64,000 bases of DNA from Gemmatimonadales bacterium. GTDB lineage: Bacteria; Gemmatimonadota; Gemmatimonadetes; Gemmatimonadales; GWC2-71-9. Shown one piece after another: positions 43,505-55,400 of this stretch. The first letter of the stretch is position 1. Every line of letters begins with the position of its first letter. Position numbers and translations under genes: made by a program. The notes beneath the pieces were generated by a model. The model ran no database searches. It was not told where the DNA came from and saw nothing but the letters and a program-made list of their open reading frames with translations. The stretch lies in the NCBI GenBank assembly GCA_041390205.1, contig JAWKQJ010000026.1:6249-70248 (forward strand). The letters are read 5' to 3'.

Positions 43505-44602
43505 CTACTCGCCCCAGACCTCCTCGAAGACGCGGAGATAGTTGCCGCCGAGGAACTTGAGAATCACCTCGTCGGAGTGCCCCCGGGCGACCAGCGCGTC
43601 GGTGAGCCGGGGCACCAGCGAGATGTCCTCCAACCCCCTGGGCGCGAACTCGAGCCCGTAGTGGTCGCTCCCGAGACCCACGTGGTCGGGGCCCATCACC
43701 TCGAGCGCGGTCTCCACGTCGCGCACCACGCCTTCCAGGTCCCGCTGGGCGAAATGGATCACCCCCAGCACGCCGCCGTTGGCCGCGAGCGCGTCGAGCA
43801 TCGCCTTGTCGCGGGGCAGCTCGAGGCGCGGGCGCGGCAGGCGGCCGTCGGCCAGGTCGCGTGCCTCCGGACTGGTGTCCGGGAACATCGTCGAGGTGGA
43901 GTGGGAGAGGATCACCGGGCGGGAGACCTGCTCCAGGATCTCGAAGAAGCCGATCTCCCCGATGTGGACCAGGTCGACCACGATCCGGAGGCGCTCGAGC
44001 CGGGCGACGGTCTCCTTGCCGAGCGCGGTGAGCCCGCCGCGCCGATCGGCCGCCCAGCAGCCGTCGGCGAAGACGTTGCGGCGGGTGTGGGTCAGGCTCA
44101 CCGCCCGAAGCCCGAGCCGATGGTAGATGTCGAGCAGCCTGGGGTCGCCGCCGAGCGGGTCGGCGCCCTCGAAGCTGAGCACCAGAGCCACCTCGCCCCG
44201 GGTCTTGGCCTCGCGGATCTCCCTCACGCTGGTGGCGAGCGCCAGACCGGGCGTCTTCGCGATCTGATCGTGGAGCTGCCAGACCATCTCCATCGCCCGC
44301 TGCACCGGGTCGCGGAGCCAGCGGTCGTCGAGGTAGATGGCGCAGAGCTGGGCGGTGACCCCGCCCTCCTTCCAGCGCGGCAGGTCGTACTGGCCCATGC
44401 AGCCGAACCAGACCGTGTGCGGCCCGAAACCGAATCCGACCAACGACGACCGCTCGAGACCGGGTGGCGGCTCCCAGTCGAGCGGCGGCAGCTCGACCCG
44501 CTCGGCCAGGTCCATCTTGCCCTCGGTGACCGGGATCAGGATGTCGCTGTGACCGTCGATCACGATCGCCTGCCGGTGCAGCGCATCGGCCCTCTCACTC
44601 AT
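43505..44602 (-). CDS. M19 membrane dipeptidase family
   Basis: IDGHSD, SFEG, LTH, DLVH, SHS, GLGSD, GGNYLRV. Confidence 0.9.
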   Translation of the reverse strand: MSERADALHRQAIVIDGHSDILIPVTEGKMDLAERVELPPLDWEPPPGLERSSLVGFGFGPHTVWFGCMGQYDLPRWKEGGVTAQLCAIYLDDRWLRDPVQRAMEMVWQLHDQIAKTPGLALATSVREIREAKTRGEVALVLSFEGADPLGGDPRLLDIYHRLGLRAVSLTHTRRNVFADGCWAADRRGGLTALGKETVARLERLRIVVDLVHIGEIGFFEILEQVSRPVILSHSTSTMFPDTSPEARDLADGRLPRPRLELPRDKAMLDALAANGGVLGVIHFAQRDLEGVVRDVETALEVMGPDHVGLGSDHYGLEFAPRGLEDISLVPRLTDALVARGHSDEVILKFLGGNYLRVFEEVWGE

Positions 44603-44612
44603 TCGGGTCTCC

Positions 44613-46052
44613 TCAGAGGTACGGTTGCGCGAGCCGGGCGACGCCGTCGCGCAGCTTGATCGGCAGCGGGCGTCCGTCCAGGTCGGCGAGGGTCAGCAGC
44701 TTCGCGTTCGCGATCTTGGCGTCGAGCAGCCCGTCGAGCTCTCGCGCCAGCTCGGCGGAGTAACACTCGACCCCGAACTCGAAGTTGAGACGCAGGCTGC
44801 GCGGATCCCAATTGGCCGAGCCGATCAGCGTCCAGCCGCCGTCGATCACCAGCACCTTGGAGTGATCGAAGGGCCGGGGCGCGAGATAGACCCGACACCC
44901 CGACTCGATGATCTGCCGGACGTGCGCCATCATCGCCCACTGCACCAGACGGAGATTGCCGCGCTCGGGCAGCACGATCTCGACCCGCACGCCACGGAGC
45001 GCGGCCGTCTGAAAGCCCGCGATCAGGGCGCCACCGGGAAGGAAGTACGGCGTCGCGAGCCGGATCGTCCGGGTGGCCTGGCTGAGGGCGCCGAGCAGGG
45101 TCTGGAGCAGGGTCTCGAAGTCCTCGTCCGGTCCGTCCGGAATCCCGCGCGCCGCCACCGGGCCGCGCTGCTCGAGTGGCGGAAACCACCCCGGCCCGTC
45201 CAGCCGCTCCTTGGCGGCGAAATTCCAGTCGAGCGCGAAGGCCGCCATCAGCTGGCGGACCACCGGGCCCTCGATCCTGAAGTGGAGGTCCTGGGTGGGC
45301 GATCTGGGCGATCGCTCGAGCAGACAGCCGTCCCGGATGTTGATCCCGCCGCAGAAGCCGACCTCGCCGTCGACCACCAGGATCTTCCGATGGTTGCGGA
45401 GGTTGAAGTAGGGGTGCAGGACCGGCACCGCCGAGGGGAGAAAGAGGGCGACCCGCACGCCCCGGCGGCGGAGCGCCTTGGTGATCGGCGGCCGGCTGTA
45501 GCGCACCCCGATCCCGTCGATCAGCACCCGCACCTCCACCCCGCGGGCCACCGCCCGCGCCAGCGCGTCGACGAACCACTCGGCGGCCACCCCGCGATCG
45601 AAGATGTAGGTCGCGAGCGCGACGCTCCGGGTGGCCTGGTCGATCGCGGCCAGCATCTCGGGGTAGGCGCGGTCGCCGTTCACCAGCGGCACGACCGTGT
45701 TGCCGGTGGTGAGCCGCTGCCCGGTGGCGCTCCCGACCAGCGTGGCGAGGGAGCGGATCGCCGGTGGGGTCTCGGCCGGCAGCGCCGCCGCCGCGCCGCG
45801 ATGCACCTCGAGCTCGGCGGTGTAGCGGTCGGCCAGGGCGTTGCGCCCGCGGATCTTGACCGCTTGCCGCCGGATCCGGTTGATCCCCATCAGCCCGTAG
45901 AGCACCGACCCGACGATCGGCGTGAGCCAGACCAGCCCGGTCCAGCCGATCGCCGCGCGGACGTCGCGCTTGGTGAGCACCACGTGGGCGGAGACCACCG
46001 AGGCCAGCACCACGTGGAGGGTTCCAAGCGCGAGCTGGCCGAGGGTTGGCAT
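44613..46052 (-). CDS. cls: Cardiolipin synthase (PLD family)
   Basis: Two HKD motifs (HRKILVVD, HSKVLVID) and N-terminal PLDc_N TM helices. Confidence 0.92.
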   Translation of the reverse strand: MPTLGQLALGTLHVVLASVVSAHVVLTKRDVRAAIGWTGLVWLTPIVGSVLYGLMGINRIRRQAVKIRGRNALADRYTAELEVHRGAAAALPAETPPAIRSLATLVGSATGQRLTTGNTVVPLVNGDRAYPEMLAAIDQATRSVALATYIFDRGVAAEWFVDALARAVARGVEVRVLIDGIGVRYSRPPITKALRRRGVRVALFLPSAVPVLHPYFNLRNHRKILVVDGEVGFCGGINIRDGCLLERSPRSPTQDLHFRIEGPVVRQLMAAFALDWNFAAKERLDGPGWFPPLEQRGPVAARGIPDGPDEDFETLLQTLLGALSQATRTIRLATPYFLPGGALIAGFQTAALRGVRVEIVLPERGNLRLVQWAMMAHVRQIIESGCRVYLAPRPFDHSKVLVIDGGWTLIGSANWDPRSLRLNFEFGVECYSAELARELDGLLDAKIANAKLLTLADLDGRPLPIKLRDGVARLAQPYL

Positions 46053-46067
46053 CGCCTGGCGCCCGGG

Positions 46068-47096
46068 TCAGCGCTCGCCCGCGCCCGAGAGCCGGTGGAC
46101 GGTGAGCAGGGTGGCGGCGAGGAGGACGACGGCGCCGCCCTGGTGGAGCGCCGCGACCGGCACGGGCACGGAGGCGAGCAGGGTCCAGAGCCCCGAGGTG
46201 AACTGGATGGCCACCACCAGGCCGAGCACCACGGCCAGCGCCCAGCCGCCCCGGGCCCGGCCCAGCCGCACGGCGAGCGCGCCGACCACCACCACGAGCA
46301 GCACGGCCAGCAGGCGGTGGTTGAACTGCACCGCGGCCACGTTGTCGAAGAGGTTGCGATACCAGGGTGAGAGCGAGAGGTATCCGGCCGGCACCACGCG
46401 CCCCGCCATCAGCGGGAACTCGTTGTAGACCTTGCCGGCGTTGGTCCCGGCCACGAAGCCGCCCGCCATGGCGGTGAGCAGCACGACGGCCGTGGCGGCA
46501 ACCGCGTGCCGCCGGAGTGAGGGGCCGAGGTCGAGGCGCCAACGGGAGCCCGCGACGAGGGTCGCCGCGGTCCAGACCGCCACCATGAAGATCAGCAGTG
46601 CGAGGGTGAGGTGGGCCGTGAGGCGGTACTGACTCACGTCGGTGCGGCCGCTCAGCCCGCTGGCGACCATGTACCAGCCCAGCGCGCCCTGGAGCCCGAC
46701 CAGCACGACGAGGCCGAGCAGCCGCCCGCGCAGCTCCCGGGGAACGGCCCCCCGCGCCCAGCCGACCAGGAGCGGCAGCGCGAGCGCCTCGCCCACCAGG
46801 CGGGCCCAGAGCCGGTGCAGGTATTCCCAGAAGTAGATCCGCTTGAAGCCGTCGAGGGTCATGTCCGGGGCTTCGAGCTGGAACTCGGGAATGGCCTGGT
46901 ACTTCGCGAACTCGGCTTCCCAGGCGGCCTGGCCGATCGGGGGCACCACCCCGCTCACGGGCCGCCACTCGGTGATGGAAAGGCCCGACTCGGTGAGGCG
47001 GGTCACGCCGCCGATCACCACCGTCAGGCCTACCATCACCGCCCACCCGGCCAGCCACCACCCGATTCGGGTCGCCGGGCGGTCCGACGTCCTCAC
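46068..47096 (-). CDS. ctaA: Heme A synthase, COX15/CtaA type 2
   Basis: GGVTRLTESGLSITEW, WEYLHR, YRL..HL, HR, HQ. Confidence 0.93.
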   Translation of the reverse strand: MRTSDRPATRIGWWLAGWAVMVGLTVVIGGVTRLTESGLSITEWRPVSGVVPPIGQAAWEAEFAKYQAIPEFQLEAPDMTLDGFKRIYFWEYLHRLWARLVGEALALPLLVGWARGAVPRELRGRLLGLVVLVGLQGALGWYMVASGLSGRTDVSQYRLTAHLTLALLIFMVAVWTAATLVAGSRWRLDLGPSLRRHAVAATAVVLLTAMAGGFVAGTNAGKVYNEFPLMAGRVVPAGYLSLSPWYRNLFDNVAAVQFNHRLLAVLLVVVVGALAVRLGRARGGWALAVVLGLVVAIQFTSGLWTLLASVPVPVAALHQGGAVVLLAATLLTVHRLSGAGER

Positions 47097-47114
47097 GACG
47101 AGACGCCGATCCGA

Positions 47115-47324
47115 CTAGTCGTCGTCGTCGTCGTAGCCGATGTCGTCGAGGTCGTCGTCGTCGTCCTCGTCGTCGTCGTCGTAGTCCTCGTCGTCGTCGA
47201 ACTCCTCGTCCTCGTCGAGGTCTTCGTCGTTGTCGTCGAGGTCGAAGCCGTCTTCGTACTCTCCGTCGTCATCGCTGCGGCGCTTGAGCTCCACATCGAA
47301 CAACGAGTCCAGCAGGGCCGACAT
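47115..47324 (-). CDS. Small highly acidic protein
   Basis: 69-aa ORF, about 60% Asp/Glu, sits between typA and ctaA in the same orientation; alternative GTG at 47369 overlaps the typA stop. Confidence 0.65.
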   Translation of the reverse strand: MSALLDSLFDVELKRRSDDDGEYEDGFDLDDNDEDLDEDEEFDDDEDYDDDDEDDDDDLDDIGYDDDDD

Positions 47325-47365
47325 CTGGTCTTCCGCCTTCCCGGATGAAGGGTGAATCGCTGCGC

Positions 47366-49216
<1,851 letters not shown>

Positions 49217-49310
49217 GCAGCTAGCCCCCTCGGGGGGCCATATATAGAACGCCGGCCGGACCCGGGCAAGGGCCCCGTCACGGACCGATCACGCCGGCCG
49301 GTTCGGGCGG

Positions 49311-50210
49311 CTAGTGGTGGTGGTGGTGATGGTGGCCGAGGGCCCCGACCGGCTCCCGGCGGAGGCAGTCGAGGCCCTCGCAGTGATCCACGATCTCGAG
49401 CTGCATCGTGGCGTGCTGGATCCCCATGCCCTCGAGCCGGTCCAGCATGGCGCGGAGCACGGTGGGGTGGTCGTCGAGCTCCGGCACGACGGCGTGGCCG
49501 CTCATGGCGATCACCCCGCTGGTGACGGTCCAGACGTGGAGATCGTGAACGTCCCGCACCCCCTCGACCTCGAGCAGGGTGGCCCGCACCTCTTCGAGCG
49601 GAACGTTCGCCGGGGCCGACTCCAGCAGCACGTTGGTGCTCTCCCGGAGCAGCGACCAGGCGCCGACCATGATCATCAGCGAGAGCAGGATCGAGACGAT
49701 CGCGTCGGCCGCGGTCCATCCGGTCAGGATCACGATGGTGGCGGCGAGCAGCGCGCCCACCGATCCCAGCGCGTCGCCCAGCACGTGGAGGTAGGCCCCG
49801 CGCACGTTGAGGCTGCCGTGCCGGAACCCGTGCAGCATCCGCAGGCTGATCAGGTTGACCACCAGGCCGAGCGCGGCCACCACCAGGAAGATCCCGGCGT
49901 CGATCTCGTAGGGCTCGCCCATCCGCTTGACGGCCTCGACGATCACGCCGATCGCGATACCCACCAGCGCCACGCCGTTGACCAGCGCGGCGAGGATCTC
50001 GAGCCGGAGATAGCCGTAGGTCTTCGAGGGGCTCGGCGGGCGCTGGGCCAGCCACGCCGTGAACGCGGAGAGCCCGAGCGCGCCGACGTCGATCAGCATG
50101 TGCCCGGCGTCGGCCAGCAGCGCGAGCGCGCCGCTCACCCACCCGGCCACCGCCTCCACCGCCATGAACCCGGCGGTGAGGATCACCACCAGAATCAGGC
50201 GCCTGGACAC
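49311..50210 (-). CDS. Cation diffusion facilitator (CzcD/ZitB-like) with poly-His tail
   Basis: ADAGHML.D, YGYLR.E, YLHVLGD, HDLHVW, C-terminal H7. Confidence 0.93.
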   Translation of the reverse strand: MSRRLILVVILTAGFMAVEAVAGWVSGALALLADAGHMLIDVGALGLSAFTAWLAQRPPSPSKTYGYLRLEILAALVNGVALVGIAIGVIVEAVKRMGEPYEIDAGIFLVVAALGLVVNLISLRMLHGFRHGSLNVRGAYLHVLGDALGSVGALLAATIVILTGWTAADAIVSILLSLMIMVGAWSLLRESTNVLLESAPANVPLEEVRATLLEVEGVRDVHDLHVWTVTSGVIAMSGHAVVPELDDHPTVLRAMLDRLEGMGIQHATMQLEIVDHCEGLDCLRREPVGALGHHHHHHH

Positions 50211-50253
50211 GACCTCTCGCCCGTCGCGATCGGTCCGGCTACTGTTCGTTCCT

Positions 50254-51585
50254 ATGGACCCCCCTCAGAGCGGATCGATCGTGATCGGCCTGGCGGCCGT
50301 GCTCGGCCTGGTGCTGGCCAATGCCTTCTTCGTGGCGGCCGAATTTGCCCTGGTCGGCGCGCGGAAGACCCGGCTCGACGAGATGAGCCGGGCCGGGGAT
50401 CGCAAAGCTACCCTGGCCCGTCGGGCCATTCAATCGCTCGATCGCTACATCTCCGCCACCCAGCTGGGCATCACGCTGAGCTCCCTGGGCCTGGGCTGGA
50501 TCGGCGAGCCCGCGCTGGCGCACCTGATCGACGGACTCTTCGCCTTCCTCCCGGCGAACGCTCAGGCCGTGGCCGCCCACTCCCTCGCGGTGGCGATCGC
50601 CTTCGCGATCATCACCGTGCTCCACATCGTCCTGGGCGAGCTGATGCCCAAGGCGCTCGCCCTGCTCTACCCCGAGGACGTCAGCCGCTGGACCGCGCCG
50701 CCCCTGATGGGCTTCACCTGGGCGATGGCCTGGCCGATCAAGCTGCTGAACGGCTCCGCCAACGCGCTGCTCCGGATGATGGGGGTCCGGGGTCCGAGCG
50801 AGCACGAGCGGGTCCACTCGCCCGAGGAGATTCGGCTCCTGGTGGCGCAGAGCGAGGAGGGCGGGAGCCTCGCGCGCGACGACGCCCGGCTCCTGGCCGG
50901 CGTCTTCGAGTTCAGCGAGAAGACGGCCGAAGAGGTGATGACGCCCAGGACCCAGGTCGTGGCGCTCGACGCCTCCGCCACCGTCGAGCAGGCCGCGGAG
51001 GTCGTCGCCAACGCGCACCGCTCCCGCTACCCGGTCCACACCGACTCGCTCGACGAGGTGGTCGGGGTGGTGCACGCCAAGGACATCCTTCGCGCGCTCC
51101 GCACCTCCCCCACGGCCACCCTGGGCAGCATCGCCCGCCCGCCGCTGCTGGTGCCGGGCACCCGCGAGGTCGAGGACGTCCTGGCCGACATGAAACGGCT
51201 CAAGAACCACATGGCGATCGTGCTCGACGAGTACGGCGGCACGGCCGGGCTGGTGACGATGGAGGACCTGATCGAGGAGATCGTCGGCGACATTTACGAC
51301 GAGCACGATCTCCCGCAGCCGGGCGGGCCGATCCCCGGCGGGCAGACGCTGCTCGACGGGGCGATGCCGATCACCGACTTCAACACCCGCCACGACGCCA
51401 AGCTCGACGACTCCGACTACACCACCCTCGGTGGCTTGCTCTTCGGTCAGCTGGGACGCCTGCCCGTCGTGGGCGACCGGGTCGAGGTCGGCGGCTTCGG
51501 CTTCGAGATCGCGGCGATGGACGGGCGGCGGGTGAAGCGGGTACGGCTCCTGCCGAAGGAGACGCCGGCGCCCGCCGACGCCTGA
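50254..51585 (+). CDS. HlyC/CorC (CNNM-CBS-CorC) transporter-associated protein
   Basis: FFVAAEFA, QLGIT, GELMPK, VMTPR, DEYGGTAG. Confidence 0.93.
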   Translation: MDPPQSGSIVIGLAAVLGLVLANAFFVAAEFALVGARKTRLDEMSRAGDRKATLARRAIQSLDRYISATQLGITLSSLGLGWIGEPALAHLIDGLFAFLPANAQAVAAHSLAVAIAFAIITVLHIVLGELMPKALALLYPEDVSRWTAPPLMGFTWAMAWPIKLLNGSANALLRMMGVRGPSEHERVHSPEEIRLLVAQSEEGGSLARDDARLLAGVFEFSEKTAEEVMTPRTQVVALDASATVEQAAEVVANAHRSRYPVHTDSLDEVVGVVHAKDILRALRTSPTATLGSIARPPLLVPGTREVEDVLADMKRLKNHMAIVLDEYGGTAGLVTMEDLIEEIVGDIYDEHDLPQPGGPIPGGQTLLDGAMPITDFNTRHDAKLDDSDYTTLGGLLFGQLGRLPVVGDRVEVGGFGFEIAAMDGRRVKRVRLLPKETPAPADA

Positions 51586-51589
51586 GCCG

Positions 51590-52552
51590 TCAGGATTCGG
51601 CGGGCGCTTCCACCAGCGGGTTCGAAGCCGCGATCGCGCGGGAGCGACCACCCAGGTCGACCGCGAGCTCCAGGGCGGCCCGCATGCTGCTCGGGTCGGC
51701 GCGACCCGTTCCGGCCAGGTCGAACGCGGTGCCGTGGTCGGGCGAGGTCCGCGGAAACGGCAGCCCGAGCGTGACGTTCACGCCACGGCCGAACGCGGCC
51801 ACCTTGATCGCGGTCATCCCCACGTCGTGATAGGGCGCCAGCACGGCGTCGAACTCGCCCCGGAGGGCTCGCACGAAGACCGTGTCCGCCGGCAGCGGGC
51901 CCGCGGCGCCGAGCTGATTGGCCGCGGGGGCGAGCAGCCTGGCCTCCTCGTCGCCGAAGAGCCCCTGCTCGCCGGCGTGCGGGTTGAGCGCGCAGAGCGC
52001 CAGCCTGGGCTCCGCGATGCCGAACCAGCGGGAGAGATGCTGCTGGGTGAGCCGGCCGGTCCGCACCACCCGGTCGACGGTGATCAGCGAGGGCACGTCG
52101 CGGAGGGCCACGTGGGTGGTGACCAGCACCACCCGGAAGTTGCCCGACGCGAGCATCATCGCCACGTCGCAGTCGCCGGCGAGGTGCGCCAGCCACTCGG
52201 TGTGCCCGGGGTAGCGGAAGCCCGCGAGATGGAGCGCGTGCTTCTCCACCGGCGCCGTCACGATCGCGTCCACCATCCCTGCCATCGCGAGCTGGGCGGC
52301 CCGCTCCACCGCGTGGCCGGCGAGCCGCCCGGCTCGCTGCGCTCGAGGCCGGTCTTCCGGCATCGCCCCACTGCCGCCCCGCCAGGCGCCGATCGAGACC
52401 CGATGCTCCGCCGGGATCGCGCCGATCAGGTCCTCGGGCCCAACCACGGTGATCGCCGCGTCGAGCGGGGTGGCCAGCGCCCGGCCGACGATCTCCGGGC
52501 CGATCCCGCGGGGATCGCCCAGAGTGACCGCGATCCTGGGGCGCTCGGTCAT
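51590..52552 (-). CDS. pdxA: 4-hydroxythreonine-4-phosphate dehydrogenase
   Basis: GDP.GIGPE, GHTE, LNPHAGE, YHD, RTSPDHGTA. Confidence 0.95.
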   Translation of the reverse strand: MTERPRIAVTLGDPRGIGPEIVGRALATPLDAAITVVGPEDLIGAIPAEHRVSIGAWRGGSGAMPEDRPRAQRAGRLAGHAVERAAQLAMAGMVDAIVTAPVEKHALHLAGFRYPGHTEWLAHLAGDCDVAMMLASGNFRVVLVTTHVALRDVPSLITVDRVVRTGRLTQQHLSRWFGIAEPRLALCALNPHAGEQGLFGDEEARLLAPAANQLGAAGPLPADTVFVRALRGEFDAVLAPYHDVGMTAIKVAAFGRGVNVTLGLPFPRTSPDHGTAFDLAGTGRADPSSMRAALELAVDLGGRSRAIAASNPLVEAPAES

Positions 52553-53865
52553 CCCTGGCGGATCTCGACGAAGTTGGCTTCCCGCATCTTCTCGAGGTAA
52601 CGCTGCCGGGCGAGCTGGCGGCTCAAACCCGCCCGGATGTCGTCGCGCACGTCCTCGAAGCGCACGTCGCCCGCGGGGACCCGGGTGGTGACTCGGACGA
52701 TCACGAACTTCGATCGATTCGGGTCCGGCGCCTCGAGCTGGAAGATCGGCGCCACGTCGCCCTCGGCCACGCCCTGGAGCGCGGTCGCGTACCCCGGCGG
52801 CAGCCGATCGAGCGGATACTGGCTCACGTCCCGCTCTTCGCCCTTGTCGTGATGGAGCCGCTGGAGACTGTCGAACGACGCCCCGCTCTTGGCCGCGCGG
52901 TAGATCGACTCCGCCCGGAGCCGCGCGCTGTCCGCCTGCGCCGAGTCGATCACCGCCGAGATCAGGATGTGCCGCACCGAGACTTCGGCCGGCTGCACCC
53001 GCTCCACCTGGATCAGGTGGAAGCCGTAGCTGGTCTCGACCGGGTTCGACACCTGGCCGGGCCGCAGGGAGAACGCGGCATCCTCGAACGCGGGCTCCAG
53101 TCCCTGCCCGCGCCGGATCCAGCCGATCGACCCGCCCTGCTCCTTCGAGCCGGGATCGCCCGACCAGCGCCGGGCGGCGTTGGCGAAGTCGGCCCCGCCC
53201 CGGAGCTCGACCAGGATCGAGTCGGCCTGCGCCTTGGCCTTGGCCCGCTCGGCCTCGCTCGGGCGCGGGCTCACCACGATCTGCTGGAAGGAGACCGCCT
53301 CGGAGCGCTTCGGATAGGTGAGCCGCTTGCTCTCGAACTCCTCCCGCACCTCTTCGTCCGTCGGTGGAATCGACTTGATCTCGCCCCGGGCCTCGAGCTG
53401 CTCCCAGAAGCGGCTCCAGAGGAACTCCCGGCGCTGCAGATCGGCGGTGTGGCTCCGCCACTCCTCGAGGGTGTTGAACCCGGTCTTGTTGAGCTCGCGG
53501 CGGAAGGCCTCCTCGTTCGGATAGCGGCTCCGCACGTTCCGATAGAGCTGGTCGACCGACTGGGTCACCTCGTCGTCGGAGACCTTGATCGCCGTGTCCT
53601 TCCGGGCCGCCTGGACCACCAGCTCCCGGTCGATCATGTCGCTCAGGATGGTCTTTCGGAGCGAGCGCAGCACGCCCGGATCACCGGGCAGGTCCTGCCC
53701 CCGGAGCGCGGCGTAGAGCTGCTCCACCACCTGACTCTCGAGGATCGGCCGATTGCCGACCACGGCCACGATCCGGTCGATCGCGGCGCTGTCGGCTCCT
53801 TGCGCGCTGGCGGGCGTCGCGAGAGCGGCGCCCGCCAGCAGGATGAGAGGTACCACGTTCCGCAT
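52549..53865 (-). CDS. surA: SurA-like parvulin peptidyl-prolyl isomerase
   Basis: DRIVAVV N-domain, S.DPGS...GG.IG, FE.AAF, YGFHLI; adjacent to pdxA. Confidence 0.85.
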   Translation of the reverse strand: MRNVVPLILLAGAALATPASAQGADSAAIDRIVAVVGNRPILESQVVEQLYAALRGQDLPGDPGVLRSLRKTILSDMIDRELVVQAARKDTAIKVSDDEVTQSVDQLYRNVRSRYPNEEAFRRELNKTGFNTLEEWRSHTADLQRREFLWSRFWEQLEARGEIKSIPPTDEEVREEFESKRLTYPKRSEAVSFQQIVVSPRPSEAERAKAKAQADSILVELRGGADFANAARRWSGDPGSKEQGGSIGWIRRGQGLEPAFEDAAFSLRPGQVSNPVETSYGFHLIQVERVQPAEVSVRHILISAVIDSAQADSARLRAESIYRAAKSGASFDSLQRLHHDKGEERDVSQYPLDRLPPGYATALQGVAEGDVAPIFQLEAPDPNRSKFVIVRVTTRVPAGDVRFEDVRDDIRAGLSRQLARQRYLEKMREANFVEIRQG

Positions 53866-53883
53866 GAGCGACTCCGACTCCGG

Positions 53884-55326
53884 TTACTGCGATCCGCTCG
53901 AATCGCCGATCGGCGGTCCGCCCGGCGCGGGCACGATGCCCTGCGGCGGGGGCGCGTTGGCCGCCGCGGCGGCCGAATCCCGGCGCCGCTGGGCCATCGC
54001 CAGCTCCACCGCGCGCGAGACCCCGGCGGTGTAGACCCGGCCGAGCTTCTCGGAGCGGAGGTCGGCCGCGAGGGTCGGCAGCACCGTCTGCACCTGCGCC
54101 TGCCCGTTGAGCAGCCGGCCGAAGTACTCCTCGATCTTCTCGGCCGCCAGCTTGGAGCGCTGGTCGCCGGTGAGCGACGACGAGTCGCTCAGCTCGGGCA
54201 CGTCGAGCCCGAGGTCGCGGCGGAGGGTGCTGACCGAGTTGTTGTACTTGTAGGTGACGAACTGCCACTGCGCCGGCGCGAGATGCACCCCGGCCGAGTC
54301 GGCCTTGCGGAGCATCGCCGTGGTCTGCGCGAGCCCCTTGGCGTACTGGCTCAGGATGGTGTCGTTGGCGTTCCGGATCTGGGCCAGGACGTTCGGGGGG
54401 AACATTCCGATCCAGCGGACGTACTCGCCGACGCTCAGGTCGTCGCCCTTCATCGACACCAGAGTCTTGCCCGAGCCGACGAAGTCCTGGGGATTCGAGG
54501 CCGCGTTCCGCATCAGCGCGGCCGCGCCGCCCGAGACCTCGATGCCGTAGTCCCGATCGAGCGACTCCATGTAGAGCGAGTCGTTCCGCTGGGCGGACTG
54601 CTCCGCCAGGAACTTGCTGATCCGGGCCCGCGCCTCGACCAGGGTCGGGCGGCGGATGATGTGCCAGCCGAACTGGCTCTCGACCACCCCGCTGGTCTGG
54701 CCCGGGGCCAGCGCCCAGGCGGCGTTCTCGAACTCGGGCACGAACTGCCCCTTGGGACCGACGGGCAGATACCCCTCGTCCGTCTTGCTCCCGTCGGCGC
54801 TCACCTCGGCGGCGACCGCGCCGAAGTTCTCGCCGCGCTGCACCCGGCCGAGGGCCTGCTGGATCGCCTGCTTCGCCTGCGCGCTGTCGGCGGCGGAGCC
54901 GCCGTTCGGCACGGCGATGATGTGCTGGAAGACCTTGACCGTGCCGTCGCCGTAGGTGCTGTCGACGGCCGCGTCCGAGGCGCCGCCCATCGCGACCATC
55001 ACCGAGTCGTGCCAGATCCGCACCCGCGCCTGCGAGATCTCGGGCCACATCACCCGGGCGATCGAGGCCGAGTCGGCCTTGATCCGCCCCTTGGCGATCG
55101 CCTCCGCGAACATCGCGTAGTCGAGCCAGATGTTGGAGATGTATTCGGCGGCCTGCACGTTGGCGCCGCCGCCGGCCTTCGCCAGAATCTCGGCGACCCG
55201 ATCCGACGACAGCTCGTGACCCGCCACCTCCGCCGCGACGTCCGACCGTCCGTCCAGGTCGTCGAGGCTACACCCGGCGGAGACCACCACGCCTGCCGCC
55301 AACACACTCGCCGTCCACCTGCGCAT
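53884..55326 (-). CDS. Parvulin-type PPIase lipoprotein (PrsA/PpiD-like)
   Basis: Lipobox VSAGC, HII, G.FVPEFE.AA, SQFGWHII. Confidence 0.85.
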   Translation of the reverse strand: MRRWTASVLAAGVVVSAGCSLDDLDGRSDVAAEVAGHELSSDRVAEILAKAGGGANVQAAEYISNIWLDYAMFAEAIAKGRIKADSASIARVMWPEISQARVRIWHDSVMVAMGGASDAAVDSTYGDGTVKVFQHIIAVPNGGSAADSAQAKQAIQQALGRVQRGENFGAVAAEVSADGSKTDEGYLPVGPKGQFVPEFENAAWALAPGQTSGVVESQFGWHIIRRPTLVEARARISKFLAEQSAQRNDSLYMESLDRDYGIEVSGGAAALMRNAASNPQDFVGSGKTLVSMKGDDLSVGEYVRWIGMFPPNVLAQIRNANDTILSQYAKGLAQTTAMLRKADSAGVHLAPAQWQFVTYKYNNSVSTLRRDLGLDVPELSDSSSLTGDQRSKLAAEKIEEYFGRLLNGQAQVQTVLPTLAADLRSEKLGRVYTAGVSRAVELAMAQRRRDSAAAAANAPPPQGIVPAPGGPPIGDSSGSQ

Positions 55327-55400
55327 GTACCACTCCCGTCGAAAAAGACCTGACCCGGGTGGACCACCCGAACGGATGCCCCAGCTTCCCGAGCCGTCGC

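Noticed and set aside
47093..47296. GTC/GAC trinucleotide-like repeats and poly-Thr or poly-Val ORFs
   Set aside because: These are shadow frames of the poly-Asp coding sequence; there is no repeat-spacer structure, so not a CRISPR array or microsatellite.
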